In this document: piece after piece, positions 25,141 through 39,200 of the stretch | Position numbering within the stretch: the stretch's first letter is position 1 | Layout of the letters: each line of letters begins with the position of its first letter | Assembly: GCA_001949185.1 (NCBI GenBank) | Contig: BDGG01000006.1 | Coordinates: 168,827 to 232,826, forward strand | DNA length: 64,000 bases | Direction of reading: 5' to 3' | Origin: Ramazzottius varieornatus | Taxonomy: Eukaryota; Animalia; Tardigrada | Position numbers and translations under genes: made by a program | Notes under the pieces: generated by a model | What the model was told of the DNA's origin: nothing | The model's database searches: none | The model's input: only the letters and a program-made list of their open reading frames with translations

Positions 25141-28100
25141 TCAAGATGGGCGATTGGGAGGTGTGGATATGGCGCTCTCCCGCCCTGCCGTACTGGCCGC
25201 CGCAATGTAGGAGAAAAGGCACAAAACCGAATAGCAGATCTGATCCGACTGTAAAGTCAAAGAGGAAGATCAGTGTAACCTTGTAAGTTTTGCTGCCATC
25301 GAGACGTTGTCCTGCTACACTTTCTTACGCTTACCATAGGAGACTTATATTTGCGTTGTGTCACTTGTTGCGTATCAGGGTCTGCAATGACGACACAGTC
25401 GGTCAAAGGCTGCAAGTACTACCTTGCAGCTGATACGGGCGCTTACTGTATTCTTCCAGGACAAAGATGCCGCCTTTCTGTGTGAAGCATTTGCGAATAT
25501 GGCTTAATTGCATGAAATACTGCAAGTGGAAGATTGAGCGGTAAGAGACGGCATGTTAAGCCTGACAATGGCAGAAGTTTGGGATGTTGTACCTTGCTGT
25601 TGGCGAAGAGGAGACCTACACCGTCCATGGTTACTTGCAGTAGGCCGCCTTCGCCTGTCCGCATATCCTGAATGGGGAAGTCTCCTCCCAGATCAGCCCC
25701 CGGCATGGGCTGTTTGCCCCGAGAGGCCGCCCTTTCCATCGATTCTTTGATACAGTGGTACAGTTCCTTACTCTGCCGCAGATGCATGACGTTGTCAGTA
25801 TCAGAGATCAAAGGCAGAGGAAAAGGAAGCCATACCTTCTTGCAGTAGTACTGGTTGAGTTTGGTAGGGGCCGTTATAGGCACCAGACCATTGCTGGGCC
25901 CACTGGCTGCACTGTCCTCCAGCTCCGTCTTGTCCTGTCGATGCCACAGACACAAGACCTTGGTCTTGGGCGAGAAGGTCATGTTGATGAGGTTGTCGTA
26001 GTAGATGCGATCGGCGGCCAGCCCGTCGATACTACGTACCACCAGCCCGTCATCGCGCACCTCCATAAAGGCGATATCCCCCGAACTATCCGTCCCCATC
26101 TGCACCGTGAAGGTTTGCTTCTGCCTTTGCCGACTGATGGGCGGCTTCAGGTCAATCTCGTTGCCATTCTATAAGACAGAGCAGAGCCTCTTTCTCATCA
26201 AAGGCCGTCTGCCATCTATCATCGTACTGGCAGTTGCACTTACCAGCATGTCCAACTGTTCCAGCAACTTGTGGATTTCCGAACTGTAGGCCATGCCTAA
26301 ATGACTCTTGCCCAGCAATCGCCGCACCGTCTTCCTCAAGTCGACCTTTCGTACCTATATCGATCCTAAACAAGGTGAAGAGCGCTTGCTGATGGATATA
26401 GGCAGTTAGTGCTACAAACCTGCATGGAGACCATGTATGCCACCAGGTTGTGCAGCATGGTGGCCAGTAGGCGGTCTTCGTCGTGCTCCATCCGCTTCTT
26501 GTCCGTTTCCGCTAGACTTTTGTACCTGCGGCACAACAAGGAACTTTGCCTTGCTCTCAGCTGCAGAAAGGGGCAGCTCATATTAATTACCGCTCGAGCA
26601 ATTCTGATGGACCTTGGTCCATGCCGATCAAGTCTCGTTCCAGGGCCACGGCGTCAATGAAGGCATCATCCCAAAACTGCATCTGGTCAAAGACTTTACC
26701 CCTGGACTTGCCTGTAGCGGATACAAGCAAGCTTTAGTACTTATCCCTATCGCTGTATCAGTGGTAGGCAGGTAGGCAGGCAAACGTAGGTGTCGTACCG
26801 AGGAGAGATTCGAACAAGTAGACGCGATGGACCTCTTCGGTGGTTGTGCTGGCGCCACCTGGCGTGGCTCCTCCCATGGAACTAGCCGCAAAGAGCTGCC
26901 CATTACGGTAACGGTACTCTGAACTGATGCTGCTTTTCCGGCTATACGATTCCCCACCTCCATGACTGGCCTGAGGTCAAAACAATTGGGAAATGACACG
27001 TCAAATAAGCCTGGAATGAGGATAGGACGCGAAACAAGTCCATGCAGGTAAGTAGAGGACTGGCTGACAGTTGGCTTGATTGAACTTACGGTGTCGTGTT
27101 CACTGATTGGTCCATGAGTGCTGAGATTGGTGGTGGTATTGAAAGACGTGATGGACTGATGGCTAATCAGCTTGCGGCGAGGACGGGCGGAGCCCGAGTT
27201 GGATCCATCATCGGTGCTGCGGCTGCTGCGACGACTGCTACTGGGAGAGGCAAAGGGCGACCTCTGTTGGAACAACCACAACACCATGCACTGTCTTGCT
27301 CATAGATGTATTAGTCGACGCCCAGAAGACAAGGTCATCATGTGCAAATAACCAACCTCTGCAGGGTCCAGGAAGTGTGAGCGCATTTCATCGGCCTGCT
27401 GGTGGCCTTCCGCTGTCAACTTGCGGTTGACATCACTCAAGACTGTAGCGCTGTGAGCAGCGTCCGACTGGCTACTTCTTCGTGATGCCGAGGGAGAATC
27501 TAGCAAGAAAGAGGGCCATTAAAAAAGAGCTGTGCCCATATCGGATCGTTAGTGCCCCTACCTGGTCCCTCGGTGTCTGGAGAGGATGGAGAAGAAGTGG
27601 GCGGCGACCTGTCGTCGTCCGGTGTGGGTAACGTCACCGAAGGTTCCGGCCGGAGCGGCACCATCTGCGGCGGCTGTTCCGACATGTCCAGCGTCGGTTC
27701 GCTAATGAGGATGGAGGTGGCATTGTTGGATGCCAGTGTCCGGACATTGTTCATGACGGAACGGAAGCCCGAGGCCAGTTGGTCCGAGCTGATGGCCAAA
27801 CTGTCCGATGGCTTCATGTTGCGACCATTCTCCGAAGCTACACTGGGTGTCGTCGACTGCCAACCATGCCGTGACTGTTACAAGTGCTTATTGATTGAAC
27901 GATTGATGGGTTGACCTACTCGTGGCTGGAACATGTTCATGAAGCCACTGGCGGCGCTGTGTGTCCTTTGGGCCTTCATATCGGTGTAGTGGGTGTAGGC
28001 CACTTCCAGAATGTGAAAGGTGCTGCCCATACCACCCAGTCCCCAGCTTTGGAAGGACTTGTCCAGGCCAGCCACGCACAGCTGCAGCAGCTTACAGTAG

Positions 28101-31100
28101 CCTTTCCACTGTTCATTGCCAATCATCTGTCCCAAGCAGAAACACGGCCCCTCAATCAAATATGCAGCTCAAAACAAAAACGCAGGGCTTGGGCTTACCA
28201 CGTCTGAAAGGTAATGGTCATCGCTCAGCTGTTTGCCAATGTTAAAGTTCAGCCGCGCAATGAGGAAGTTGCGGTAGTTCTCATCCTCTAGTAGCTTCTT
28301 TAAGCGCTTCATCTTCAGCCAGCTGATACTGTCGCCGGCCATGACACAGTCAATCATCTCTTTGACAAAGTGCTGGTTCTCCAAGTTCAAGCCCGCGGCT
28401 ATGGAGTGGTGGCCGCTTCCTCGCTTACTGCTTAATCCTCCCTCGCCACTTCGCTGCTCAAAGGCCGAGCGGAAGTTGGCGCGACTTTCCGGCGGCGACT
28501 GTGTGCTATCGTGCCTAATGAGGCTATTACGTTCATTAGGGTTCCTCCGACCTGCAAGACAGACATACCATATAGCCAATGAAGAAAGAAAGGAGGGACA
28601 GCCGAGAGAGAAGGGGGACTGTCAGTAGACTGACCGGAGGGGAAGGGACCGAAAGGCTGTGGTCGCGCTGTGTCGGCCACCGTCTTCTCCACACTGTTGC
28701 CCACCTTCTTCAGCTTGCTGGTTAGATCGTTGACAAACTTGGCCGACTGGTTGTGGGCATCGGAACCGGTGATGGAAATCTTCAAGGGCAACGTCGACTC
28801 CAGGATGTTGTCCTTGGACTGCTGTTGTAAGCTCTGCAAGCAAAGAAAGGCCATTGGCTGTGGACTGCTGTGGTCAGTGTGTGATAGGTCAAGAGACGCA
28901 CCTTGAAGAGTGAAGTGGCCTTCTGGAAGTTCTGCTTGCTTTTGTCGGCCAGGTCCGTCATGGTGTTTTGCAGCTTGGCCACCTGCTCGGTGGTCTTGTC
29001 GCCCAGTATGTCGCTCAAGGCGTTGGAGCCTTCGCTACCGATGGAGCCAAAGCGAAAGTTGATCAATGATGACTTGGAGGCAGGCGTCTTGGGCGTGGGC
29101 ATTATGGCCACAGCCTGAGCAGAATTTCGACCGCGCTAAACCATGGCACAAAAACAAAAGAGGTGCTTGACATCCATGTGCTGAGATGATGTAAAAGGGG
29201 AGCTAGGTGTACCTCGCTGGTGGAGCCGGTGGAAGTGCTGAGTGCTTCGCCTGTCGACCTGCTGGCTGTATCGTTGTCGGGCGAGGAGCAGCGACTGCTG
29301 GCCCCATCGTCCGAGTCCATATCGCGGTCGGCGATCGACTGTGTGGAACTACTCTGGCTCAAGAGGTGGCCGGGAAGTTGCAACTGGTCCGGTGGTCGCC
29401 ACTGGTACTGCCCTTCCCTCTCCAGATCGGGGCAGACCATGTGGTAGACCAGCCGCTCCGTGTCCCTGGACTCGTCAAAATCGGCCCGCGAATAGTCCAC
29501 GCCGTAGCTGTGCTCCTCCCCCACTTCACCACCGTATTCCCCATCATCGGAATCTTCACCACCTGCAACGCCAGTCTCTCATAACTCAAGTGGGACATGT
29601 AACACTGGCCTCTTGAAGGTATACCGTTGGAGAAGGAGCTGGTAAAGTGTAGCAGATGCTCGTTGGAGAGAGCGTAGGCTACCGCTTCGCCGATGGCCGA
29701 GGCGCTGTCAAAGACTTGATAGTAGACAGGCTGCAGCTGTTCAGCGAACCATTTCAGCTTGTCACCAATGACTTTGGGGTCGCTGATGCCCGTGTTGGCC
29801 CGCAAGAAGGCCACATTGTTGGGACTCAACGACCACTCGGCGAAAAATTCCACCGCCTATAACAGAAAGGAACAGTCGGTTTTTTCTGGCTAAGACTTAG
29901 TATGCTTCACTGTATAGTCTTACTGTAGTAGGGATATGGGCTTACCTGAGTTTTGGCAAAGCGGTCAATGAAATGAGTGCGTGTGGGACGAGAGCGGAGG
30001 AAGCTGTAGACTTGGAAAGCAATGACGGGTCGAGGGTAGAGACGCAAGGTGCGAATGTGCTCGGTGAGGTTGCCCAAGACGCTGGGTGAGTTGAGGAAGC
30101 GGTTGATGGCCATGCGGGTGGCCACGTCCACCGCTGCCGTCTCGCTGCCGTAGCCATAGCCATAGCCGCCCTCTTGCACAGCTGGTACCTTCTGCCCCGG
30201 TTGCCCCTCTTCCAGGTTCAGCCCCGAATCCTGGTCGCTATTCATCACCCGAATGGCCTGCTCAATGTGGCTGCGCAGTGTCGAACCTTCCATTTCCGGT
30301 AAGGGCGGAATGTCCTCCCCACTAGAGGGCCCATACATCTACAATGTTTAAATCGCTGTCTTTACTGCTTCCGTTTTCTCCAGCCTGCTAAATTTGGCTT
30401 TTTTATAGACTAATGTCGTCAGCATGTTATTTCCCATATGCGCTGAGGGAATTAAGTTAGCAATTGCGGGTCCCTGTTGGCTGGCTGGCTGATGTGTAAG
30501 AATAAACGAAGGCTCTGTTGGGCCAGACCAACCTTATTAGCGTCCAAGTCAACCAGCCAGACATCGTCGGGGATAGTCGTGCCACGCAGAATGAGGAAGG
30601 ACTCCGGTATGCCGATAATGTAGGGCGTAGGCGCCAGTAAGAGCTGTCATCAAAACACAACAAACAATATGATGATATGACATAAATCCAATCAATGCCA
30701 TGTCTTTAGAAATCTAATCCGTAGACTAATTGTTGACTGACCTGTTCAGCTCCCGGTAAGCAGGCCGGTAAGAGGGGGATAACGGGGAACATGTATTCCA
30801 GGGGATACAGCATGGCCACGAAGGCCATCACCGTCATGGAGACTGCATTGACATCTTTGGAGCGCAATAATACCTACAACATATATAATATTCATATGCA
30901 ACTAACTGGTCTTGATAGGTCAGGAGGATGGGATCGCACCTTGTTTTCCAGGAGGATGCATGTCAAGACGCGCAAAGCAGTATCGACGCCCAAGAGCTCG
31001 AAGGGCAGATGGAGAGGATAGTCCACTAGAGGGAAACGTGTCCGATCGGGGAAGCCAAAGCGGGCTACCGGGGCACCGTTCAGCGGCAGCAGCTCGACCT

Positions 31101-32321
31101 AATAAGACAAAGACAGCCATCAATTAACCTGACCACCATTTTATAACAGCTGGGCTCCCCAGTGCAACCTCCAGTGATACCTCCACCAACGTCTTGCCAG
31201 GAACCGGCACAGGACAGCACAAGAAACGGAGGATCCACGTCTCCACTTCCCGCACTTCGTTCAGCACTGCCGGGTGAATGTTGTCGATGGCAATTTGACC
31301 AGCCAAAAGCTCCCATATTTGACCGCTATAAATGAAGGAAGGGCCATAAGTCAACAAATGTTATAGTTGGCAGTCAGGGCCATCGAAGGTGATGCCGTCA
31401 CCGACTGACCGATATCCCAGGGATGAAGCCCGAAGATCACAAGAGTCAATGAGGGTGTAGAGGATGTTGAGGCAGTCGCGGAAGGTGGAGAGGAATGGAT
31501 GATGGGTCAGAATGCAGATGGAAGTTAGGGTGAAACGCGAACTATCAGCGCCGATGCTGTTCTCCCGTCTGTCAAGTACGAAACGATGGCCAGTCTGACA
31601 ATACTTCCGCTTATGAAGGGATTTGTAGTACCTTCTGGCTGTCGGACGACGCGCTGGTCGGAAGAAATTAAAGCATATGCCATGACGGATCTTGGCAGAG
31701 TCTTTGTCGGTCAGGGAGAAAGTAAAGGAAGATGTCCGGCGGATATCGCTCGACGTCTTTGGCCGAAAGGTAAAGTTACCCTCCGGCTGACAAAAGTATG
31801 CAATCTCGAAGGGCAAAGGAAAATCCTTGTGGTCATCCACCGGGTACCTGCAACAAGATGACCGCTGGCTAATGAACGGCCAATTGTTTCATAGAGCAAA
31901 ATACACAATCGAACGTCAAAAAAGTGCAAAACTGTCCATTGATTCTCCAATCTCCATTCGATATCTCGATTGGATGAAATACAACGGAGGCTCACACAAT
32001 CAACAATCAATGACTGATGCGCTCTTGACTCCTTACTTTACACCCGACAAGGATGTACAGTAAATTGTACAGAGGTACCAATCAAGTAGGAGGTGCGATG
32101 GAAGGAAGTCCGGCTATTGTCAGAATTGACTTTGACAAGGCACTCTGGACCAGAGTTCTTCTCCCGCGTGGAACCCGTGGAAGTCACGCAAAGAGTACGA
32201 GGACATACCTGCGAAGCATCTGCGGCCTGCTAATGTTCTGGCTAGCGTATGGTTTCCGGTTACCAGCAATAACCACATAGTCCACTAGCCGAGGACACAG
32301 GTTCTTCTTGGACAAATCCAT
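25141..32321 (-). CDS. MADD: MAP kinase-activating death domain protein / Rab3-Rab27 GEF (DENN domain, aex-3)
   Basis: Starts [20 protein letters not shown]...PQMLRR|[12 protein letters not shown]. Contains uDENN/DENN/dDENN motifs, [55 protein letters not shown] and [15 protein letters not shown]; ends ...[14 protein letters not shown]...RPS* at 25141. Confidence 0.95.
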
Positions 32322-33304
32322 TTATAACAATTCGGCAGCTCCGCTGGGCAATGATCAGTCCAAAGGACAATACACTATTTCCCCATCACACAAGGTGGCA
32401 TGCGACCATTCTTCCAGTCTGGCGCTGGATGACAGCAAAGATGGGTCTCCATCAGTTCGTGATAATTGGGTGGACTGATATCCAAGGATGGGAAGCGCGT
32501 GAGGTTTCTGACAAGATCAGAGGATTTACAATATGATTAATCCCTTGTAGTATATATGTGGAAAGGAGTGGAAGATAAAATTATGCAAGACGAGGCGCTA
32601 GGCGCAATGACGATGTACTTGAAGTCGTTTGCCTGCCTGTCGAGTCCGACCTCCGACGATGGCGATCGTCCTGAAAAGTGCTATTACTGCGCCTTGGCAG
32701 CTTTACATGACATCATCACCGCATCTCCTGCTACGTCAACAGACTTGCTGGCATTGTAGGCTATGAAGGCTTGAGCGAGTTGTCCTGTCAGAAAGGGAGA
32801 AGGGATGAGGGATGGAGGGCCTTCAACAAGCTGCGATTGCCACCATGCAGACGCCCTGATGCAATATGCCTCGCGCCATCCACTTTGATCGCTGTAATTT
32901 TTATCGATCAATGCTATGCATCCTCCCCTCTCTCCTCCATCACTCCCTCCCTCCCTTCCTGCACTCTTCCTGCCAAGTACGTCGGTCCACTTTGCTTGCT
33001 GCCTACGTGGTCGGTGCCCTCCTTGGCCACCGCCGCAGGCGTTTCCATCCTAATCCTATGTACCTTTCATCGGTTGATTCGTCAGGCTTTAATTTACCTA
33101 AGGACTTTGCATTTGAGGGCTGCAAAGGGTTCTACGGGAAAAAGACACTGTAGCTATATTAAAAACTTGTCGGCTTTTACAAGTTCAGGCCGGCGTATTC
33201 TTCGTCGAAAGTCTTCAAAGGCACGTCATGACACTGCATAACAGCATTGGAATGGTGCTGGTCATTCATCGAGCAGGGAATATCGAGGACCTTATTGTCT
33301 ACAT

Positions 33305-33773
33305 TCATCCGCCACATTGCTTTGTGACTTCACGACGACCGTTGATAAAGAATTTGGCTCCGCAACTTCCGCAGTAGTCGTTCTGGCAACAGGCTTTGGG
33401 GAATCTCGGGCAGTTTTGAACGTCGCAGGGTTCCGCAAAGCACTGAACTTCGGCCACTCCTTGGGGACATTCAACCGGAGCAACTGGTGGTCCAGCTGCA
33501 GACATCATGGCGTACGGTGACTCGCTCATTCCACATTTTTCTGCAACATGAAACAAATAATTCGTAACTCATGGGTAATTTCGGAGACTTACATCGAAGT
33601 AGGCATACAATGGAGTCTGGGCAAAGNNNNNNNNNNNNNNNNNNNNNNNNNNNNNNNNNNNNNNNNNNNNNNNNNNCCCACAGCCCCAATATCTTAGATA
33701 TCCTCGTACCGTTTGCGCTTGAACATCCCACGATGACGAACAACACAATGCAAACGGCAAAATAGTAGTCCAT
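33305..33773 (-). CDS. Small secreted cysteine-rich protein, ~99 aa
   Basis: Exon 33773-33710 encodes a signal-peptide-like MDYYFAVCIVLFVIVGCSSAN. The GT-AG intron contains the N gap. Exon 33540-33305 is in frame and has 10 Cys (ECP...QCFAEPCDVQNCPRFPKACCQNDYCGSCGAKFF...QCGG). Confidence 0.75.
33627..33676. other. Assembly gap (50 N)
   Basis: Run of N. Confidence 1.
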
Positions 33774-34858
33774 CTTGACAAGCGTCATCGACCACACGGG
33801 TTCCTCGCAGAGCTTTCAAAATATTCCAATCTCTAAGTTTTCAGTAAGTAAACCTCACAGATAGATAGGTATGGATGTATCTATTCCTTTTATACGGCAT
33901 ATTTTAGGTGCACCACGTGGCTAACTTCCTGGTCCTTGCTGCTCACTTGTCCTGAAGTGTTTTCAACCTTGAGCCCTGGCAGCTGACGCACTTACGACAG
34001 ACTTTCCCGAAACATTTCTGAGTCTGCACCTTTTTCCTACAACTTTGAATCATCCTTTGCTTACTCGCCGCAAATCTGTGAAAACCTTTCCTTTGATGTT
34101 GTTTGTAGGAGGGTTCCGACTTTGTACTGTGGTAGTACGGTGTACCGGTTCCCGGTATTCGTGAGGAACTGATGGGTCGTCCTTGGCTGTCTTTGCCCGA
34201 TCCGACTGGTAGAAAGCATCAAGGGAATTTACAGAGCCCGCTGAAACGTCTAGCCAAGTTACAGGGCCATAACCCATGGATTGACCATGTCCGGCACGAG
34301 GCACAAGCTATTTTGACATCGCTAGACTCATTTTCGAACGAGCGTGTTTCCAGCTCGTTGTTTTGCATAATAATTCTTGGACAAGCAATGGAAGAGCGGC
34401 TGTAGTGAAACGAAACACCTTTTACCCTTCTCAAGTGAACAGGGTTCGCTGATTCAGCAGAATGAGCATTGTGGCGAGCCGTGGGGCGCTCGCCCAGAAT
34501 ATTCCGAATTTTCTCGTTATTTTTACTACAAAAAGATCATTTTTCTCGCCATTCTTCCCATTCTTTCTTCGCGACGCAAACTTCTGACTCTTGCGGCCTT
34601 CAACGGTCCTACTTCTGGGAAGCAGTGTAGTCTTCCTTCTGTCGTGAAGACATACGGCTCCAGAAGCGATTTCGGGACAGAAGTGACATTCCATCAGCGG
34701 ACGGTGACGGAGCAGTGCAGCAACGGAAGCATCGTCATCTTTAGCTTGCTGCGGATCGTCACCTTGGCATCGTCTGAAGGTGGGCATTGGAGGACCCATC
34801 TCTGGCAGCTTTTGAGCTTTCACGTACTCCAGACGTGTCCCTGTGGGGCTAAAGAAGG

Positions 34859-35765
34859 ATGGACGGAGCAGGCGCTGGTTTGTCGAAACGGATCATCAAG
34901 GCAGGTCATGGCCCATCAGCGTTTTGCCTTCCGTGTTCGAATCTCTTTCTTAGCTGATGGTTGGGTGACTTTTCTTCCTTCAGGAAACCCAGAGACTTTT
35001 GCAAGAGCCCGTGGTGGGGATCGATGCCATTCCCGACGAGCACAACGCGCGGTACTTTCACGTCGCCGTTGCTGGACCAGAAGGCGTAAGTTGTCAGCTG
35101 GTTATTCTGTATAACCCGTGACGTCACCTGTCCCTCTCAAACTCTATCACATGTCTTGCCTATCGTGGTGCGCGTGTTACGTCATGCGCGATTTCAATAT
35201 GGAACTGCTGACGTAAACCCCCACGATAAATCCATAACGATAGATTTTGGAAAATCATCCAACACTGTAATACTTTGATACTAATCAGCTTTCCTCTTTG
35301 ACAGTCGCCGTTCGAAGGCGGAGTTTTTAAGCTGGAATTGTTCCTGCCGGAAGAGTACCCGATGTCGGCTCCCAAAGTTCGCTTTATGACAAAGATTTAC
35401 CACCCGAACATTGACAGACTAGGCAGAATTTGTCTGGATATCCTCAAAGGTTTGTCTACAGGCGTATGACGAACTGAGTGTATGTTGGTCTGTCCGCTGT
35501 CCATTACGCTGGTTGTGGGCTTGTTACAGATAAATGGAGTCCGGCCTTGCAGATTCGTACAGTTCTGCTATCTATCCAGGCGCTGTTGAGCGCACCCAAC
35601 CCCGACGATCCTCTAGATAATCAAGTGGCCGAACAATGGAAGGTGAACGAGGCGCTGGCTGTCAGCACGGGTAGGTCTAGCCTCATCTGTCGCAGCTGTA
35701 GGTCTCTCACCCTTCAGCTTGTGGTTGTAGCTCGCGAATGGACCAAGCAGTATGCTAAGCAGTGA
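34859..35765 (+). CDS. UBE2N: Ubiquitin-conjugating enzyme E2 N (Ubc13/bendless)
   Basis: [14 protein letters not shown]|[10 protein letters not shown]...NARYFHV...|[48 protein letters not shown]|[29 protein letters not shown]...|[11 protein letters not shown]. The first intron is GC-AG. Confidence 0.96.
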
Positions 35766-36218
35766 GAAAGAAGCCAGCCCAACTTGTCCACGCTGGGCAG
35801 CAAAGAGTCAATACTACACTTTCCTGGTCGTCTTTGGATGTACAATTCATTTTTCATTTTCTTCTTGATGGAAACGTATTACGCGTATACTATCAAATAT
35901 AGGAGACATCAGGTTCCCTCCATGGTGGCTTTCTGCAAGTTCAAGTTGGAATCATCAGAGTGAAACGGTTCTGCAGGACTTGTTCCCTTCTGGCAATGTC
36001 TTATCAGTCTAGCTGGCGCGGCTTCATGTCTTGAAACAAAGTTTTTTTATCCCTACTTGATCCAATGAAAAATCAATCTTAACAGAAGAAATGCTCTTAA
36101 AAAAACGTGTGGAAGAGAATGTCCTTCAAAAGGAGCAGTGGTACAAGTGCAAAACAACACGGTTAAAACTGTAACAATACAAAACAGATTCGATACAGAT
36201 AAAAAGACAAGGGAAAAT

Positions 36219-39200
36219 TCAGCGGCGAGAAGTTGTAGGTTTCCTGGCGGAGTTACTGCGAGAGAGGATGGGAGGCGGCGAAGGGATAAGGGCGGGTTGA
36301 TTGGCACTTGCTGCTTGAGAAGACATGATGGCCGTTGTTGGCGCTTCACCACTGAAGGGTGAATTGGCCATCAAGGCAGCCGGCTGCAGAGCGCACGTCT
36401 TGGTCAGGATGAAGTTGCGGCTGCTCCACATGCGACCCAGTGTTTCCATGGTCTTGTTCTTGCTCTGAGCGTCAATGTTCAGCAAGGTGGGCCAAAAGTC
36501 GGGCAGCTGCTGTGGTGGCGCAGTGTTATGCTGCGTGGCCGCCATCTGGCGCCGCCAGGCTGCAACGGCCGGCTTCTGCCCTGAGCCCAACATGCCATTC
36601 TCTTCCAAATACCTAATTGCAAAGAAGGTTAACAAAGTCAACAAAGTTGCTGTTGGGATGGAGGGTATACTTGAGAAAGACGCTGGTGTGGATGGCTTTC
36701 TTGACTTTGGGTGCTTCAGTGGGCAGTGTCAGGAAGAGGGAGCGTTGTTGGGCCTGCTGACTTTGACGTTCTTGCTGAAACTGCTGTTGTTGCAGCTGCA
36801 GTTGCCGTTGAAAGTGCTGCTGTTGAGCTTGCAGCAAGGCGATGGTCTGGGCATTGATATTGTAGCCGGAAGGCATTCCACCTGCAAGTCGTAGTAGCCA
36901 AATACATTGTGGGCCTTAGTAAGGCAACGATCGTATACTACCTGGTTGCGTGGTGGAAGCGGTGCTGGTTGATGGCAGGGAGGAGGAAGATGTCGTCGAA
37001 GTAGGAGCTGTGGTGGGCAGAGGCCCTTCTTTGGCTGCCTTGGCCAGTTCGGCGTTGGCCTTGTTGAGCGAATCCTGCTGCTGCAGCCGCTTCTCCATCT
37101 CGGCAATGATGGCGCTCTCGTCCATACTGCCCAGCCCCTTGAAGGTCATGCCCGTGGCCAAGCCCCGCGACTTCAGCTCCGTATTGACAAAGTTGCACTT
37201 TTGACGGGCAATGTCTTCCCAGCGTTTCCGCTCCGAGGCCGGCAGATTCTTCCACATGTCCGACACATGCCGACTGGTATCCTAGAAAGCCATTGAAAAC
37301 AAGACATTGAGAGAGAGACAGTCATGATAAAGGATGGTCGTACGTACCTGGAAGGAGAGGTTAGGAAACTGGTCCTTGACCGACTTGCGGTTCTCGGCTC
37401 CGTAGAGGATGAAACCCGAGACGGTGTACTTGGTCTTCTTGGCCGGTGAGCGCTTGCCGGAAGGTGTGGCCCCATCGGGTGTACCAGTACCTGCTCGACG
37501 CCGCTTCTTGGGGGCTGAGCCCAGATCGATGGTGGAGGCAGTGGGTGACAGCGGCGTCTGATCGGTGATCTCCGAAGCGATCATGCTGTGCGTCTCCTCC
37601 TCGTCCAGCTCGTAACCCATAGCTGGTGACTCTTCCGGTGTCCGATCAACCTAACCCCCAAAACACACAGTCAGACTTGAGCCAATGCAGTAAAGTACTA
37701 CCACATCTGAAACAGATAGTAGCAACCTTTCATGAACCTGCGTACAAACAATCGCGCCCTCACCGTCGTACCATCGTACGCAGGTCAATGCATATGTACC
37801 ACTGTCCATACCTCAGGCAGCTGTATACAGCGCACCTTGTAACAGGTCTGCTATACGAGTATGCAGGTACACGAAGCAGTTGAAAGTGATGCATTTCTGT
37901 CTTACCTCGACGAGTTTACCGCTAAGCGCTGCTTGTAGCGTGGGTGAGACCACCTTGTGGGGGTTGATATTTTTATCGAAAAAGAGAACTTCGTCGTTGG
38001 TAGCGTGGGAGAGACCGGTATTGGAGACATTGAGCAGGCGCTTGCTCTTATTACCCTTGGCCAGCATGCCATTGTCTAGGATCTTGGACTCGACGATGTA
38101 GATGCGCTCTTCGGCGATCTCGGTGGGTCGACAGGTGGCAAAGTCCCTGGATGTCAATACAGCGCAGCGTGGACCCAAAGCCGTCACCGGCCAGGCTTCC
38201 TCAATCTCCGTCACCTTCTGGAAGACTTCGTTGTGGTAGAAGAGCTTGGCCGGTAACTGCAAATGGGCCGGAATGTCTTTGGTAAAGAGGAAGATGGTCC
38301 CGCTGACAAAGGTCACTTCCCTGCAACCACAAGAATATCCAGCAGTTTAGTCAACCATCGTCTCAGCAGTATTGCCATTCTTCATACTCTTTGTCAAAGA
38401 TCTTGTCAATCTTGATGAGGTGGGCTTCCTTGTCGTCCTTCATGACAGCGAAGCAGTCACCAAGCTTAATGTGCCCCTTGGGCAGCGCCTTCTGTTCATA
38501 GAAGACTTGGCCTTCCTGCGGCAGCGAACTTCGGGCTAGAACCGTCTCGCGGACCACATCGATTACTTGGTCGTTGGCACTCAAGGGGAAGCTCGATCTA
38601 GCTGCTTTCTCCTCAACGTCTGGCATATCGAGTGGTCGCTGGTTGAGCTTGCCTGAAGCTTCCGCCAAGATGGCGCGGACTGCTGCCAGTGGACGCTGTC
38701 GCTTGACCAGCTGAAGGCCAGCGCTGGCTGGTAGTGTCCACTTCTACAACCAATGAACTAGACACTGTCCTATCCTCAATGCTGTTAGCTGAGCCATGCC
38801 TTACCTTGATTTTCTTAAAGGTGCCTTCCTTGACGTTATAGCTGGTATGGCAGACATAGACGTCGCGACCATCGGCCAGTCCATGGGGTACCATCTTGAA
38901 GTAGTCTTTGCCCTCCAAGACGTAACAGCGCCCGATGATCCTCGTCGGCGCGTGACTTTCCACCCAGTCACTCTGTAGCACTTCCTTCTCGTAGAACCTA
39001 CAAGGAGGACCATTGTTTCAGTCACTACGCTTGACCAGGCAATCAACCCAGTCAGGACAAGCAAACCTTCGGCTAGCTTCATGGGCCGTTTCCTGTGGTC
39101 GCAGCATGTAGCATCCGCGGACTTGCAGCGCCCCTCCCTCGCCCGTCACAATCTCTTGCACAGAGACAATCATGGGCTGCTTACCGTCGGCACTCCATGG

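Noticed and set aside
34377-35127. Long ORFs 34377-35114 (+), 34431-34823 (-) and 34906-35127 (-)
   Set aside because: No recognisable motifs; they overlap the UBE2N promoter and exons in other frames or antisense
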